A stretch of 64,000 nucleotides of DNA from a bacterium HR35 (GCA_002898235.1 BEIL01000003.1:2264-66263), one strand, 5' to 3'; positions 36,934-47,768 are shown, numbered from the stretch's first letter. Made by a program: numbers and translations. The notes: generated by a model not told the origin, from the letters alone.

Positions 36934-38185
36934 TTTCTCTTAATTTACGATGATATTTTACCACAAATTGATGAGCTTTTAAGTCAAGCAATTTTAGAAA
37001 TTCAGCTGTTTCTCGAGAGAAGTTTTTAAGAGAAAGCGGCGGTTTTTTTTCATCATAATAAATTTCTTCTTTGGGCTTAGCAAAGGAAATGATTTTAATT
37101 TTTTCGTCAAGTTCGGCTTCTTTAAGAGCTTGAAAAGCAAATTTCCATTGAATTTTACCTCCGTCAATTAAAATTAAATTAGGATATCCCCATTCAGGAT
37201 GATTAAATCTTCTTTTTAAAACTTCATAAATCATTCTTGGGTCATCTGGTTTTAAAACTGTTTTTATTTTAAATCTTCTAATTTTTGAAGGATTTAAAAA
37301 GCCTTCATAGAAGGAAACAAGAATTCCAACTTTAAAACTGCCTGTAAAGTGAGAGATGTCATAAACTTCAATAATTCGGGGGATATCTGGTAAATTAAAT
37401 TTTTCTTTTAATTCCAAAAGAGTTTTTCTTCTTTTATTTTCTAAAAAGAAGGGATCTTGTCCTAGGATTTGAACTTCTTCTTCTATTTTTTTAATAGCTA
37501 AGTATGTGTCTTGAAGTTTTTTAGCCAAAATTAAGTTATCTTCTGTTAATAATTTTTTCATCTCCTCTAATAATTCTTTTTTAAGATTTTTAAAATCTCC
37601 TTTAAGAATTTTTTCAACGATTTTCAAGTTTTCATAATATTTCTTTCTATCAGCTAAAGTTGGTCGAACTTCTTTAAGACAACAAAAACCAAAACACAAA
37701 CCCAAAGAGGCATTTAGACATTCTCTTAAATGGTTTTCTCGACAAGTACAAAAGGGAATTTTTTTTCTAATTATTTGAAGAAGTTGACGCAAAGCTTTTC
37801 CTTCAGAAAATGGACCGAAAATTTTAAAAAATTTAAATTTAGTCGGTTGATGAGTTAAATAAATTCGCGGAAATTTTTCTTGAGTAAAAATAATATAAAA
37901 ATAATTAGTATCGTCTCGAAGAAGTTGATTATAAACAGGATTTAGTTTTTTAATAAGGTCGCTTTCTTTAAAAATAGCTTCAGCTTCTGTCGGGGTTACT
38001 AAAATTTCTAAATCCTTAGCTTCTGTTAAAAGTTGTTTAACTTTCAGGCTAGGGTTTTTAAAATAGGAAGCGATTCTTTTTTTCAAATCTTTTGCTTTGC
38101 CTATATAAAGAACCTTACCAGATTCATCTTTAAAAAGATAAACTCCAGGTTTTTGAGGAATAGTTTTTAAATCAATTTTTATCAT
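36917..38185 (-). CDS. uvrC: Excinuclease ABC subunit C-like protein (GIY-YIG nuclease plus the UvrC RNase-H-like domain; the C-terminal (HhH)2 domain is absent).
   Basis: GIY-YIG region GVYLFKDESGKVLYIGKAKDLKKRIASYF; UvrC-like ILIDGGKIQ...ISFAKPKEE (IDGGKGQ...LAK); only 422 aa. Confidence 0.6.
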   Translation of the reverse strand: MIKIDLKTIPQKPGVYLFKDESGKVLYIGKAKDLKKRIASYFKNPSLKVKQLLTEAKDLEILVTPTEAEAIFKESDLIKKLNPVYNQLLRDDTNYFYIIFTQEKFPRIYLTHQPTKFKFFKIFGPFSEGKALRQLLQIIRKKIPFCTCRENHLRECLNASLGLCFGFCCLKEVRPTLADRKKYYENLKIVEKILKGDFKNLKKELLEEMKKLLTEDNLILAKKLQDTYLAIKKIEEEVQILGQDPFFLENKRRKTLLELKEKFNLPDIPRIIEVYDISHFTGSFKVGILVSFYEGFLNPSKIRRFKIKTVLKPDDPRMIYEVLKRRFNHPEWGYPNLILIDGGKIQWKFAFQALKEAELDEKIKIISFAKPKEEIYYDEKKPPLSLKNFSRETAEFLKLLDLKAHQFVVKYHRKLRENERLN

Positions 38186-38186
38186 T

Positions 38187-39734
38187 TTAGATCAACCAAG
38201 GTAAAAGAGATTTTCCTTGAAAAAAGTTTTGGTATTTATCTAAAACGCCATAAAGGTCTAAAATTGTTGGTAAGACAAAAGTTAGATCTCCTAAAATTTC
38301 TTCTCTCCGAGGAATTTCTTTTTCCCATTCTTTAGAAATTAAATAGAAAGGAACTGGACTAAAATTGTGAGAAGTGTCTTTTGTTCCTTTTGAAAGATCA
38401 ATCATTTTTTCAATATTTCCGTGATCGGAGGTAATTATTAAAAGCCAATTCTCTTTCTTAATTAATTCAATAAATTCACTAAGCTTTTCACTTAAGTAAT
38501 CAATTGCCTTAACTGCTTTATTAAAATCGCCTAAATGACCAAAAAAATCAAACAAAGAGAGATTAGCTAAAATAAAATGAAAACTTTTGTCCCTAATAAT
38601 TAATTTTAAATAATTAAAGATTTCATCGGTTATCGTAAAAGCATTTTCTTCTGAATCTATAGCTGGTAAGATTTTTATTATTTCATTGAGGTGTTCTTCA
38701 TCGATTAAACCATTCAAATAATAGGTAATATGTTTTTTTCTAGTCTCATCAGTAATCTTAAACTGCCTTAAACCAATTTCAGAGATAATTCGAGAAAGAT
38801 TGGAACGAATTTTTTCTTGAGGAAAAATAGCTAATTGAGGTAAATCTTCAAAATAATCAACTAAAGTTAAAATTAAAAGATTTTCTTTAGAAGGACGAGG
38901 GAATTCTTGAAAATTGGGATCGAGAAAAGCTCGAGCTAATTGTTTGATTTTTTGATTTTCAAAATTAAAAAAAATAACAATATCATTATCTCTAATAATT
39001 CCTTTTTCTTCTAAAATAACTGGCTCGAGCATATCTTCTTTGAAATTTGGGTCTTTTGTTTTTTCTTGGAGAAATTCTTCTAAATTATTTATCTTTGTAC
39101 CTATTCCTTGAACTAAAGCCAAAAAGGCTCTTTGGGTTCTTAAATAATAGTTTTGAGAAGCATCCAAGGCATAAAAACGACCAATTAGAGTAGCGATTTT
39201 TCCTGGCAACTTTCTTTCTTTTAATTCTTTTAAGAAGTTAGGAATTAAATTTAAACTTGATTTTGGAGGTGAATAAGTACTATCCAAAAAGAAGTGAAAG
39301 AAAATTTCTTTTAATTGATAAGCTTTAAAATCCTCCAAAAAAGCAAAAAGATGATTAAGATCAGCCTCAACTGGTGATTGGTTTAAAGTTAAAAGAAAAT
39401 GAATACGAGAATTGTAATTAAAATAAAATTCAATAATTTTCTTAATTATTTGGTTATTTTTAATTTCTCCTTTTTCAATAGCTAAATCGATTCTAACTTT
39501 GGGGGTAAAATTGATAATTCCGGTTCCTAAGGTTAAATGACCTTGTTCGCAATTTCCTGGTTCAGTCACTGGCAAGCCAACAGAAAAACCACTTGCTTGA
39601 AGATAACAAAAGGGGTATTTTTTCTTAAGTTCTTCAAAAATATTTTTCTTAGCCAATCTAAAAGGATTGGAGATATTATTCTCTCCTTTTCCTAAGCCAT
39701 CAATTATTAAAAGACAAAGATAAGGTTTTTTCAT
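38187..39734 (-). CDS. gpmI: 2,3-bisphosphoglycerate-independent phosphoglycerate mutase.
   Basis: LLIIDGLG, GNCEQGHLTLGTG and ITSDHGN motifs; 515 aa. Confidence 0.85.
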   Translation of the reverse strand: MKKPYLCLLIIDGLGKGENNISNPFRLAKKNIFEELKKKYPFCYLQASGFSVGLPVTEPGNCEQGHLTLGTGIINFTPKVRIDLAIEKGEIKNNQIIKKIIEFYFNYNSRIHFLLTLNQSPVEADLNHLFAFLEDFKAYQLKEIFFHFFLDSTYSPPKSSLNLIPNFLKELKERKLPGKIATLIGRFYALDASQNYYLRTQRAFLALVQGIGTKINNLEEFLQEKTKDPNFKEDMLEPVILEEKGIIRDNDIVIFFNFENQKIKQLARAFLDPNFQEFPRPSKENLLILTLVDYFEDLPQLAIFPQEKIRSNLSRIISEIGLRQFKITDETRKKHITYYLNGLIDEEHLNEIIKILPAIDSEENAFTITDEIFNYLKLIIRDKSFHFILANLSLFDFFGHLGDFNKAVKAIDYLSEKLSEFIELIKKENWLLIITSDHGNIEKMIDLSKGTKDTSHNFSPVPFYLISKEWEKEIPRREEILGDLTFVLPTILDLYGVLDKYQNFFQGKSLLPWLI

Positions 39735-39810
39735 TAAATTAGTTTAAAATTTAAAAAGATTTTAATTTTATTTTACCATCTAGAAGGTCGAAATCTTTAG
39801 TTTTTAAAAA

Positions 39811-41328
39811 ATGAATTTAGAACAAATTGCTGCTGGTATTTTAATAGGTATTATTTTAGGTTTTTTGTTAAGACAATTTTTATCGATTAGACTAAAACTT
39901 AAAGCAGAAAAGGAGATTGAAGCTGAAATAGCTAATCTTCAGAAAAAGAAAGAAGAAATTTTGGAAGAAGCCAAAAAAGCTTCACTCGAAATTATTGAAG
40001 GAGCAAAAAAGGAAAGAGAAAGATTATTGAGTGATTTGCAACAAAAAGAAGATCGGCTTTTTCAAAAGGAGAAAATTCTTGATGAAAAAGAGGCTAATTT
40101 AATTGAAAAGGAAAGAATTTTCCAAGAGGGTTTAAAAAAGATTGAAGAAAAAGAAAGAATTTTGAATGAAAAAGAAAAGGAATTAATAGCCGAACTTGAA
40201 AAAATAAGCGGTCTTAAAAAAGAAGAGGCTTTAGAACTTCTTTTCAAAAAAATAGAAAAAGATTATGAAGAGGATATTTTTCGAGCTTTAAGCAAACTAA
40301 GAAAAAACTTAAAGGAAGCAGTTGAAGAAGAAGCAAAAAAAATTATTGTCGAAACCATTCCTCGCTACGCTAAAAGCGTAGTTAGCGAAATTACAACTAC
40401 AATTATTAGATTACCAACCGAAGAAATGAAAGGTAGAATTATTGGTAAAGAAGGAAGAAATATTAAGCATTTTGAAAATTTAACAGGAGTTGAGCTTATT
40501 ATTGACGAAACTCCAGATATTATTACTCTTTCTTCTTTTGATCCAGTTAGAAGAGAGATAGCGAGAATTGCTTTAGAAAAATTAATTAAAGATGGCCGAA
40601 TTAATCCGGCAACAATTGAAGAAAAAATAGCCGAAGCAAAAAAAGAGATTGAAAAAGAAATTGAAGAAGCAGGAAAACTAGCTAGTTATGAAGTTGGAAT
40701 TTTCGATTTGCCTCAAGAAATTCTTCTTTTAATGGGAAGATTAAAATTTAGATATAGTTATGGACAAAATGTTCTTAATCATTCAATTGAAGTTGCTACT
40801 TTTGCTCGAATGATAGCTGAGGAATTAAATTTAGATGCTACTGTAGCTAAAAAAGCTGGCTTTTTGCATGATATTGGTAAAGCAGTTACTCATGAAATTG
40901 GCGGAAATCATTTAGAAATAGGAATAAGAATTTTAGAAAAATATAATATTGATGAAAAAGTAATCTTAGCTATGAGGTCTCATCATGAAACTTATCCTTT
41001 TGCTATTCCAGAAGCTTATATTGTTTTGGCAGCTGACATAATTTCTGGCGCTAGGCCAGGAGCTCGAAGAGAAACAATTGAAATTTATCTTCAAAGACTT
41101 CAAGAATTGGAAAAAATTGCTTACTCTTTTGAGGGTGTAGAAAAGGCTTTTGCTATTCATGGAGGCCGGGAGTTAAGGGTCTTTGTAGTAGCCGATAAAG
41201 TTTCTGATCTGGAAATGTTTAATTTAGCTAAAGAAATTGCCTCTAAAATTGAGAGAGAATTGACTTATCCTGGTGAAATTAAAGTGGTAGTAATTAGAGA
41301 AAATAGGGCTATTGAGTATGCTAGGTAA
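39811..41328 (+). CDS. rny: Ribonuclease Y.
   Basis: N-terminal TM, a coiled-coil, a KH domain (GRIIGKEGRNIKHFENLTGVELIID) and an HD domain (HSIEVA...GFLHDIGKA); 505 aa. Confidence 0.9.
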   Translation: MNLEQIAAGILIGIILGFLLRQFLSIRLKLKAEKEIEAEIANLQKKKEEILEEAKKASLEIIEGAKKERERLLSDLQQKEDRLFQKEKILDEKEANLIEKERIFQEGLKKIEEKERILNEKEKELIAELEKISGLKKEEALELLFKKIEKDYEEDIFRALSKLRKNLKEAVEEEAKKIIVETIPRYAKSVVSEITTTIIRLPTEEMKGRIIGKEGRNIKHFENLTGVELIIDETPDIITLSSFDPVRREIARIALEKLIKDGRINPATIEEKIAEAKKEIEKEIEEAGKLASYEVGIFDLPQEILLLMGRLKFRYSYGQNVLNHSIEVATFARMIAEELNLDATVAKKAGFLHDIGKAVTHEIGGNHLEIGIRILEKYNIDEKVILAMRSHHETYPFAIPEAYIVLAADIISGARPGARRETIEIYLQRLQELEKIAYSFEGVEKAFAIHGGRELRVFVVADKVSDLEMFNLAKEIASKIERELTYPGEIKVVVIRENRAIEYAR

Positions 41329-41398
41329 ATTTTGGTTTTTTTATTTTTTAGGATAAAATTTTATTAATCAGGGTCGGATTAAAGAATTAATTTTAAAA

Positions 41399-41692
41399 AT
41401 GGCAAGAAATTCAAATATCCTTAAATTGAATGACTTAGCTAAAAAAATGGCCGAAAAATTTAATATGACTAAAAAAGATGCAACTGATGTTTTAAATTTT
41501 CTTGTTTCTGAAATAACTGGGGCTCTGAAATCTGGCCAACAAGTTAAGTTAGCAGGCTTAGGAACATTCAAAGTTAGAGAAAGAAAAGCTCGCGTAGCCA
41601 TCAATCCTAAAACAGGCGAAAAAGTAAATGTTCCAGCTACCCGCGTGCCTAAATTCACCCCTGCTAAAGACCTTAAAGAAGCAGTTAAATAA
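41399..41692 (+). CDS. HU-family DNA-binding protein.
   Basis: The LAGLGTFKVRERKARVAINPKTGEKVNVPATRVPKFTPAK arm region is HU/IHF-type. Confidence 0.8.
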   Translation: MARNSNILKLNDLAKKMAEKFNMTKKDATDVLNFLVSEITGALKSGQQVKLAGLGTFKVRERKARVAINPKTGEKVNVPATRVPKFTPAKDLKEAVK

Positions 41693-41706
41693 AATAAGTT
41701 TTTTAA

Positions 41707-42687
41707 TTGAAAAAGAGATTTTTCATGAAAAAAGTTTTTCTTATCTTAGGCAATGATTTAATTTTGATTGAAGAAAAAATAAAAGAAAAAAGTCAAAGTT
41801 ACAAAATTTATTCTTTTAAAGAAAATAAAAAAAGGGAGGAAAATAAAAATCTCGAAATCTTAAATAGCCTTCTTCAAGAACTTAATTATCGACTTTTTAC
41901 TAGTAAAGAAGATATTGTTCTTAAAAATTTAAATTACTTAACTCCTCAAGAAAAAGAAAAATTAATTTATCTTCTAAAAATAAATAAACAAATAAATTTT
42001 TTTCTTATTTTTAATGATGAAAAAATATTTGAAGAGTTTAAAATTTTGCTTAGAAAAGAAAAAATTGATTTTGAGGATTTAAATTTAAATTTTAAATGGC
42101 AATTTCAATTTAAAAAAATTATTGAAGAAGAACTTAAAAAACTTAAAATTAAATTACCTCCAGAAGTTATTAATTTTCTTTTAGATAATTATAAAAACGA
42201 TTTTTCTTTATTTTTTCAAGATCTTAAAAAAATTAAATATTACCAGCTAGAGGGGGAAATTTCTCTTGAAGAATTCAAAAATCTTCTTCAATCAACTACT
42301 AACGAATTTCAAATTCAAGAAAGTTTTTTATCTTTAAACTTTCCGGTTTTCCTTAAAAGATTTAAAAAATATATTTATTCTCTTCAAACAGAGGGTTATG
42401 AAAAGAAGAAAGAAAAGGTAGAAAGTTTAATTTATAATCTATTATTCGGCGCTTTGCTTAAAATTTATTTTTTAAAACAAAATAACCAAAAATTTAAAAT
42501 CGAAGGCAACCCTTATTATCTTCAAAAACTCAAAGAATATTCACAAAAATTAGATTTTAAAACTATAAAATTTTTAATTAAGGTTTTAGCTTTAACCGAC
42601 AAAAAAATTAAAAAGTTTTATCTCCAACCAAAAGATATTCCCGAAGAAATTGTTTTTAATTTTTATTTTCACCAAAAGTTTGATTAA
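41707..42687 (+). CDS. Possible DNA polymerase III delta subunit (HolA-like); otherwise hypothetical.
   Basis: The N-terminus VFLILGNDLILIEEKIKE resembles HolA AYLLLGNDPLLLQE; the size (326 aa) is compatible; the rest is too divergent to confirm by eye. Confidence 0.35.
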   Translation: MKKRFFMKKVFLILGNDLILIEEKIKEKSQSYKIYSFKENKKREENKNLEILNSLLQELNYRLFTSKEDIVLKNLNYLTPQEKEKLIYLLKINKQINFFLIFNDEKIFEEFKILLRKEKIDFEDLNLNFKWQFQFKKIIEEELKKLKIKLPPEVINFLLDNYKNDFSLFFQDLKKIKYYQLEGEISLEEFKNLLQSTTNEFQIQESFLSLNFPVFLKRFKKYIYSLQTEGYEKKKEKVESLIYNLLFGALLKIYFLKQNNQKFKIEGNPYYLQKLKEYSQKLDFKTIKFLIKVLALTDKKIKKFYLQPKDIPEEIVFNFYFHQKFD

Positions 42688-42931
42688 AAATTTTAGCGTA
42701 TTTAGCTTTAAGCCTAGCAGCCTTATTTTTATGAATAAATCTTTTAGCTCCTTTGTCTATTGATTTATAAACCAAAGCCAGATATTTTTTTGCTTCTTCT
42801 TTTTTCTTTTCTTTAACTGCTTTTAAAAAATTTTTAACAGCTATTTTTATTTCCCTTCTTCTTCTTTCATTAAAATACCAATTTCTTAAAGCTTTTTTAA
42901 GAGCTCTTTTAGCTGATTTGGTTACTGGCAT
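42656..42931 (-). CDS. rpsT: 30S ribosomal protein S20.
   Basis: MPVTKSAKRALKKALRNWYFNERRRREIK matches the S20 N-terminus; a basic 91-aa protein. Confidence 0.8.
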   Translation of the reverse strand: MPVTKSAKRALKKALRNWYFNERRRREIKIAVKNFLKAVKEKKKEEAKKYLALVYKSIDKGAKRFIHKNKAARLKAKYAKIFNQTFGENKN

Positions 42932-42933
42932 AG

Positions 42934-43983
42934 TTAGTTATTTTTAAGATCGTCCCTAATTTTTTTAATTAAATCTTTATGTTCTTTTTTAAGCCTAGGA
43001 AAATGATAATTAATTTTAAGATAAAGATCGCCACCAAATAGTCCTAACCCTTTGATTCTAATTGGTTCATTTTCTTCTACAGGTAAGGAGACTTTTATTT
43101 TAGCATCAAAAAAATTAATTTCCAAATAATTATTTAAAAAGACATCTAAAACATTTAAACGGTAATTTAAAAGTAAATCCCGGTCATTGATTATTTCAAT
43201 TTGAGGCAGATTGCTTTTAACTTTGAGCTTAATAACCAAGTCACCCTTAACTCCTTTTCCTTCATGTCCTAAATTTTTAAAAATCAATTTACTCGAATTG
43301 GCTTTAGATGGTATTTTAACATTATAATCTACTTTTTCATAAACAAAGCCGTTTCCTTGACATAACTTACAAGGTTTTTCTGGCAAATAACCTTCACCTC
43401 GACAAACTGGACAAGTTTTTAATTCTTCAAATAAAAAAGAACCCAAAAATGAAGAGGAATGAGTTACTTTTCCTCGGCCTTGACAATTACTACAAATTAT
43501 TTTCTTTTTAGTCTCCGAACCAGTTCCTTCACACAAAGAACAAATTTTTTCTTTTTTGTAAAAAACTCTTTTTTGAGTTCCCTGAAAATATTCTTCTAAA
43601 TTAAGCTCCAAATCTAAGTAAATATTATAATCTCGTTTTTTCTTTTCTTCAAAGAATTTGCCAAAGATTTCACTAAATTCATCCTCAAAGAAAAATTTTT
43701 TTAAATAATCCTCAAGATCAGTAAATAAATTAAAAGTAAAGTCAAAACCAGGACTAGTGAAATCAAAGCCGGTTTTTGTTTGCCATTTTCTTTGAGCATC
43801 ATATTCTTTTCTTAACTTAGGATCAGACAAAACTCTATAAGCTTCTAAAATTTCTTTGAATTTTTCTTGGTCACCACCAGGAGCATCTGGGTGATATTTT
43901 TTTGCTAATTCTCGAAAAGCTTTTTTTATTTCTTCTGGAGAAGCATTTTCGGGTACCCCTAAAATTCCATAGTAATCTTTCAT
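42934..43983 (-). CDS. dnaJ: Chaperone DnaJ.
   Basis: J-domain DYYGILGV...HPD and a CxxCxGxG zinc-finger region. Confidence 0.9.
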   Translation of the reverse strand: MKDYYGILGVPENASPEEIKKAFRELAKKYHPDAPGGDQEKFKEILEAYRVLSDPKLRKEYDAQRKWQTKTGFDFTSPGFDFTFNLFTDLEDYLKKFFFEDEFSEIFGKFFEEKKKRDYNIYLDLELNLEEYFQGTQKRVFYKKEKICSLCEGTGSETKKKIICSNCQGRGKVTHSSSFLGSFLFEELKTCPVCRGEGYLPEKPCKLCQGNGFVYEKVDYNVKIPSKANSSKLIFKNLGHEGKGVKGDLVIKLKVKSNLPQIEIINDRDLLLNYRLNVLDVFLNNYLEINFFDAKIKVSLPVEENEPIRIKGLGLFGGDLYLKINYHFPRLKKEHKDLIKKIRDDLKNN

Positions 43984-45800
43984 TATGAACTTTGAGCTTG
44001 ACCGTAAAAGCTTCGACCAATTTCTGAAAGAAGCTCATTTAATTCTTTTATTTTAGCTTCGATTTCTTCTGCTGAGCTAGCTTTATCAATAAGTTCATTA
44101 AGCTCATTTATTTTATTTCTTATTTTTTCTTGAAGATCGGGTGCTATTTTATCTTTGTACTCATTTAAAATTTTTTCTGCTTGGTAAACTAAATTATTTG
44201 CTTGAACTTTAACTTCGGCTAATTTTCTCTTCATCATATCCTGGGCAGCATATTCTTCGGCTTCTTTCTTGAGCTTTTCAATTTCTTCTTTAGAAAGATT
44301 AACAGAATTAGTAATTTTAACTGATTGGGAGCGACCAGTAGCTTTATCAACAGCAGTCACTGTTAAAATTCCATTAATATCAACATCAAAAGTAACCTCT
44401 ATTTGAGGAACGCCTCGTGGTGCTGGAGGAATACCATCGAGAACAAATCGAGCTAAAGTTTTGTTATCTTGAGCCATCGGCCTTTCTCCTTGAACTACAT
44501 GAATTTCTACTTGGGTTTGATTATCAGTAGCGGTAGTAAAAATTTCTTTTTTGGAGGTTGGAATAGGAGTATTTTTAGGAATCATTGGATGAGCTAAACC
44601 GCCTAAAACTTCAATAGCCAAGGTTAAAGGCACCACATCAATAAGTAAAATTTCTCTAATTTCTCCTTGTAAAATACCAGCTTGAATAGCTGCACCAATA
44701 GCTACTACTTCGTCAGGATTAATATCTTTTTTAGGGTCTTTGCCAAAAAATTCTTTAACTTTCTGTTGAATTAAAGGCATTCTAGTTTGACCACCAACCA
44801 AAATAATTTCATCAATTTCTTCCTTTTTAAATCCAGCCTGATCTAAAGTTTCTTTAACTAGTTCAATTGAACGTTCAACTAAATCTCGAGTTAGGTCTTC
44901 GAGTTGTTTTCTTGTTAGTTTATAGTAAAGATGTTTAGGACCCGAGGGAGTAGAAGTAATGAAGGGTAAATTAATTTCAGTTTCATAAAGAGAAGATAAT
45001 TCTTGTTTGGCTTTTTCAGCTGCTTCTTTTAATCTTTGAAGAGCTAAAACATCTTCTCTTAAATCAACCCCTTCTTCTTTTTTAAACCATTCAATCAAAA
45101 AATTAATAATCCGGTTATCAAAATCATCACCACCCAAAAAGGTATCGCCACCAATAGCTTTAGTTTCAATAATATTATCGCCAACTTCGAGAATGGATAT
45201 ATCAAAAGTTCCTCCACCAAAATCATAAACCAAAATCTTAGCATTTAATTTTTTATCCAAGCCATAAGCCAAAGCAGCTGCAGTTGGTTCAGGCAAAAGT
45301 CTTCTAACATTAAAACCAGCTATTTCACCAGCTGCTTTAGTAGCCGCTCTTTGAGAATCGTTAAAATAAGCAGGACAAGTAATAACTGCCTCTTCGATTT
45401 TTTCTCCTAATTTTTCTTCAACATCTAGTTTAATCTTTTGAAGAACCATAGCGGAAATTTCTTCTGGTTTATACCAGCGGTCTCCCATTTTAACCTCAAC
45501 TCCACCATTTTCAGCTTCTCGAATTTCATAAGGAAGAATTTTTTTAGCTTTTTGAACTTCCTCTTCGTTATATCTTCTTCCAATTAATCTTTTAACAGAA
45601 AAAATAGTATTTTTAGGATTAGTAATTGCTTGCCTTTTAGCTAAAATCCCTACTAATCTTTCACCGCTTTTAGAAATAGCCACCACCGATGGGGTCAAGC
45701 GGGAACCTTCTCTATTTTCTAGTACTCGAGGAACACCAGCTTCAACAACAGCTACTACTGAATTAGTTGTTCCTAAATCAATACCAATAATTCTTCCCAT
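43983..45800 (-). CDS. dnaK: Chaperone DnaK (Hsp70).
   Basis: [18 protein letters not shown] and the remaining Hsp70 blocks; 605 aa. Confidence 0.95.
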   Translation of the reverse strand: MGRIIGIDLGTTNSVVAVVEAGVPRVLENREGSRLTPSVVAISKSGERLVGILAKRQAITNPKNTIFSVKRLIGRRYNEEEVQKAKKILPYEIREAENGGVEVKMGDRWYKPEEISAMVLQKIKLDVEEKLGEKIEEAVITCPAYFNDSQRAATKAAGEIAGFNVRRLLPEPTAAALAYGLDKKLNAKILVYDFGGGTFDISILEVGDNIIETKAIGGDTFLGGDDFDNRIINFLIEWFKKEEGVDLREDVLALQRLKEAAEKAKQELSSLYETEINLPFITSTPSGPKHLYYKLTRKQLEDLTRDLVERSIELVKETLDQAGFKKEEIDEIILVGGQTRMPLIQQKVKEFFGKDPKKDINPDEVVAIGAAIQAGILQGEIREILLIDVVPLTLAIEVLGGLAHPMIPKNTPIPTSKKEIFTTATDNQTQVEIHVVQGERPMAQDNKTLARFVLDGIPPAPRGVPQIEVTFDVDINGILTVTAVDKATGRSQSVKITNSVNLSKEEIEKLKKEAEEYAAQDMMKRKLAEVKVQANNLVYQAEKILNEYKDKIAPDLQEKIRNKINELNELIDKASSAEEIEAKIKELNELLSEIGRSFYGQAQSS

Positions 45801-45801
45801 T

Positions 45802-46311
45802 TTAGTGAGAAATAGTTTTAACTCTTGCCGGCCTTAAAAGACGACCTTTTAAAAAATAACCCTTACTATAAACCTCAACAATTAAACCTTCATCAGAGCC
45901 ATCACAATTTTCTTTAGAACAACTTTCGCTTGTAACTGTTTCATGATAATTAGGATCGAATTTCATACCCAGAGGATTGATTTCTTCTAAGCCATATTTT
46001 TCTAAAATATCCTTTAGCTGAGAATAAATTAAGAAAAAGCCTTTATCAATTTCTTTGTCACTATATTTAGCAAAAGCTAATTCAAAAGAATCCAAAACAT
46101 TAAGTAAAGAATAAATAAGATTGGCATTAGCTATTTCTTCAAACTGCTTCATTTTCTCCTCATATTCAGTTTTAATTCTCAAGACATCATTTTTAGCCCT
46201 TAAAAGATTTTCTAAATATTGCTTTTTTTCTTTTTCCAAATCTTCAATTTTAGCCATCAATTCTTTGACTGTTTCTTCTAAAGCTGGTAATTTTTGTTCT
46301 TCTTCAGCCAT
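45802..46311 (-). CDS. grpE: Nucleotide exchange factor GrpE.
   Basis: Coiled-coil N-terminus, GrpE C-terminal beta domain, and its position between hrcA and dnaK. Confidence 0.8.
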   Translation of the reverse strand: MAEEEQKLPALEETVKELMAKIEDLEKEKKQYLENLLRAKNDVLRIKTEYEEKMKQFEEIANANLIYSLLNVLDSFELAFAKYSDKEIDKGFFLIYSQLKDILEKYGLEEINPLGMKFDPNYHETVTSESCSKENCDGSDEGLIVEVYSKGYFLKGRLLRPARVKTISH

Positions 46312-46312
46312 T

Positions 46313-46945
46313 TTAAATTCTCTTTTTTATTTCATTTAAAAGCGACCAGAGGGTATGATAGTAATTTCTTTTTGGGCCTAAAAATAAATAGCTTCTTTTA
46401 GGTTGATTAACAAAACCTAAAGCTAATTCTCCTGTCTTAGAAATCTTTATTTCTTTTCCTATTTTAATCCCTATATCTTCTGAAATTAAATCAAAAGTAG
46501 ACAACAAATATTCAATCAAATCTAGGGCATCAACTAAGCTTTCTTTTTTCTGAGCTAAGCCATCAGCTAAATAATTTAATCCTTTCAAGAAGCTTTTTCT
46601 ATTCTCCTCGATAACTATTAAAGCGCTTCTTGAAAAATAAAGGTATTTTTTAATGCTTTCTTCCAAATTTTGGTAATTTAATTTTATTTCTGGATTTAAG
46701 TTAAAACCAAAAAGATAATACTTCCAACCTTTATCAGAGGGCAATCTACCCTTGAAATCATATGAATTAAGAATTAAACCTTTTTTAGCCAATCTTCGAA
46801 AATATAGCCTTAAGAGCGGAGGGGAAAATTTAAAATTTAATGTCTTGGCTAAATATTTAGAGCCAATAGGTCTATTTTTTTTAAGATAACATCTAACAAA
46901 ATGATAAAAGATAAATCTTTCTTTAGGTTGAAGCATTTTAATCAA
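46313..46945 (-). CDS. hrcA: Heat-inducible transcription repressor HrcA, short form (210 aa versus about 340).
   Basis: N-terminal winged helix SPPLLRLYFRRLAKKGLILNSYDFKGRLPSDKGWKYY aligns with HrcA SSATIRNEMADLEELGLL..PHTSAGRVPTDKGYRYYV; it is the first gene of the grpE-dnaK-dnaJ operon. Confidence 0.65.
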   Translation of the reverse strand: MIKMLQPKERFIFYHFVRCYLKKNRPIGSKYLAKTLNFKFSPPLLRLYFRRLAKKGLILNSYDFKGRLPSDKGWKYYLFGFNLNPEIKLNYQNLEESIKKYLYFSRSALIVIEENRKSFLKGLNYLADGLAQKKESLVDALDLIEYLLSTFDLISEDIGIKIGKEIKISKTGELALGFVNQPKRSYLFLGPKRNYYHTLWSLLNEIKKRI

Positions 46946-47360
46946 TTTTAATTTCTTTTCCTTTTTGAGTTTCTTCTTTCTTTAATTTAGGCAAAACAAT
47001 TTCTAAAACTCCATCCTTAAGCCTAGCCTTAGCTTTTTCATAATCTACTTCGGCTAAAAGAGGGATAATTCTTCTAAAAGAGGCCTGCCTTCTTTCTTTT
47101 CGCCAATAATTTTTTTCTTCTTTTTCCTCGGTTTCAGTCTTTTTTCCTTCAACTACAAGATAACCATCTTCAAAATTTATTTTTAAATCTTCTTTTGTAA
47201 AACCAGGAACTTCCATATTAACAACGACCTCCTTTTCGGTTTCATAAACATCAACGGGATAAGAAGAAAAACGAAAGACTGGAAGGGGTAAAAATTCTTC
47301 TTCGGAAAAGAATTTTTCTAAAAATTCTTTAAAAGGATCCCATCTTTTAAGAAGAGCCAT
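46938..47360 (-). CDS. Hsp20 / alpha-crystallin family small heat-shock protein.
   Basis: The alpha-crystallin domain PVDVYETEKEVVVNMEVPGFTKEDLKINFEDGYLVVEGKK; 8-nt overlap with hrcA. Confidence 0.8.
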   Translation of the reverse strand: MALLKRWDPFKEFLEKFFSEEEFLPLPVFRFSSYPVDVYETEKEVVVNMEVPGFTKEDLKINFEDGYLVVEGKKTETEEKEEKNYWRKERRQASFRRIIPLLAEVDYEKAKARLKDGVLEIVLPKLKKEETQKGKEIKID

Positions 47361-47430
47361 TTCTTTTTTAATTTTTAATTCGACCTTTAATAAGAGTTAT
47401 TTTTGGTTATTTCTATATATATTATACTTC

Positions 47431-47461
47431 ATTTATCACCTAGAGTTCAAGGGTGATAAAT
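47431..47461. promoter_or_regulatory. CIRCE-like inverted repeat (ATTTATCACC-N11-GGTGATAAAT), a candidate HrcA operator/promoter region for the hsp20-hrcA-grpE-dnaK-dnaJ operon.
   Basis: Perfect 10-bp inverted repeat about 70 bp upstream of the hsp20 start codon, in a 175-bp AT-rich intergenic region. It differs from canonical CIRCE (TTAGCACTC-N9-GAGTGCTAA). Confidence 0.5.
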
Positions 47462-47535
47462 AACAATTTTTGAGAATTTTTGATTATAATTTAAAATATT
47501 AAAGAGGTCGTTAATTAAGAATATTTTTTAAGAGG

Positions 47536-47739
47536 ATGCAATTTCAAAATAAAAAAGTTATGTTAGCAGTTGTTGTTGCTGTTTTAGTTGTTTTAGCTGG
47601 TGTAACTTATTGGTTTTTCGGCCGAAAATCAGCTTCGGTCCCATCACCAAATTTACCTCCAGCTCCAGAGGTAGTTCCTCAAGAACCAACAGCAACAGAA
47701 ACCCCTTCTTCGCCAGCAACTCCTACTCCTCAGGAGTAA
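47536..47739 (+). CDS. Small membrane-anchored protein with a Pro/Thr-rich extracellular tail.
   Basis: TM helix MLAVVVAVLVVLAGVTYWFF, then PSPNLPPAPEVVPQEPTATETPSSPATPTPQE; a strong terminator follows. Confidence 0.35.
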   Translation: MQFQNKKVMLAVVVAVLVVLAGVTYWFFGRKSASVPSPNLPPAPEVVPQEPTATETPSSPATPTPQE

Positions 47740-47768
47740 TAAAAATTTAAAAAATTAAAAAAAGAAAA

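Noticed and set aside
47361-47535. Canonical CIRCE (TTAGCACTC-N9-GAGTGCTAA) upstream of the heat-shock operon
   Set aside because: It was searched for by eye and not found in this intergenic region; only the variant palindrome at 47431..47461 is present.
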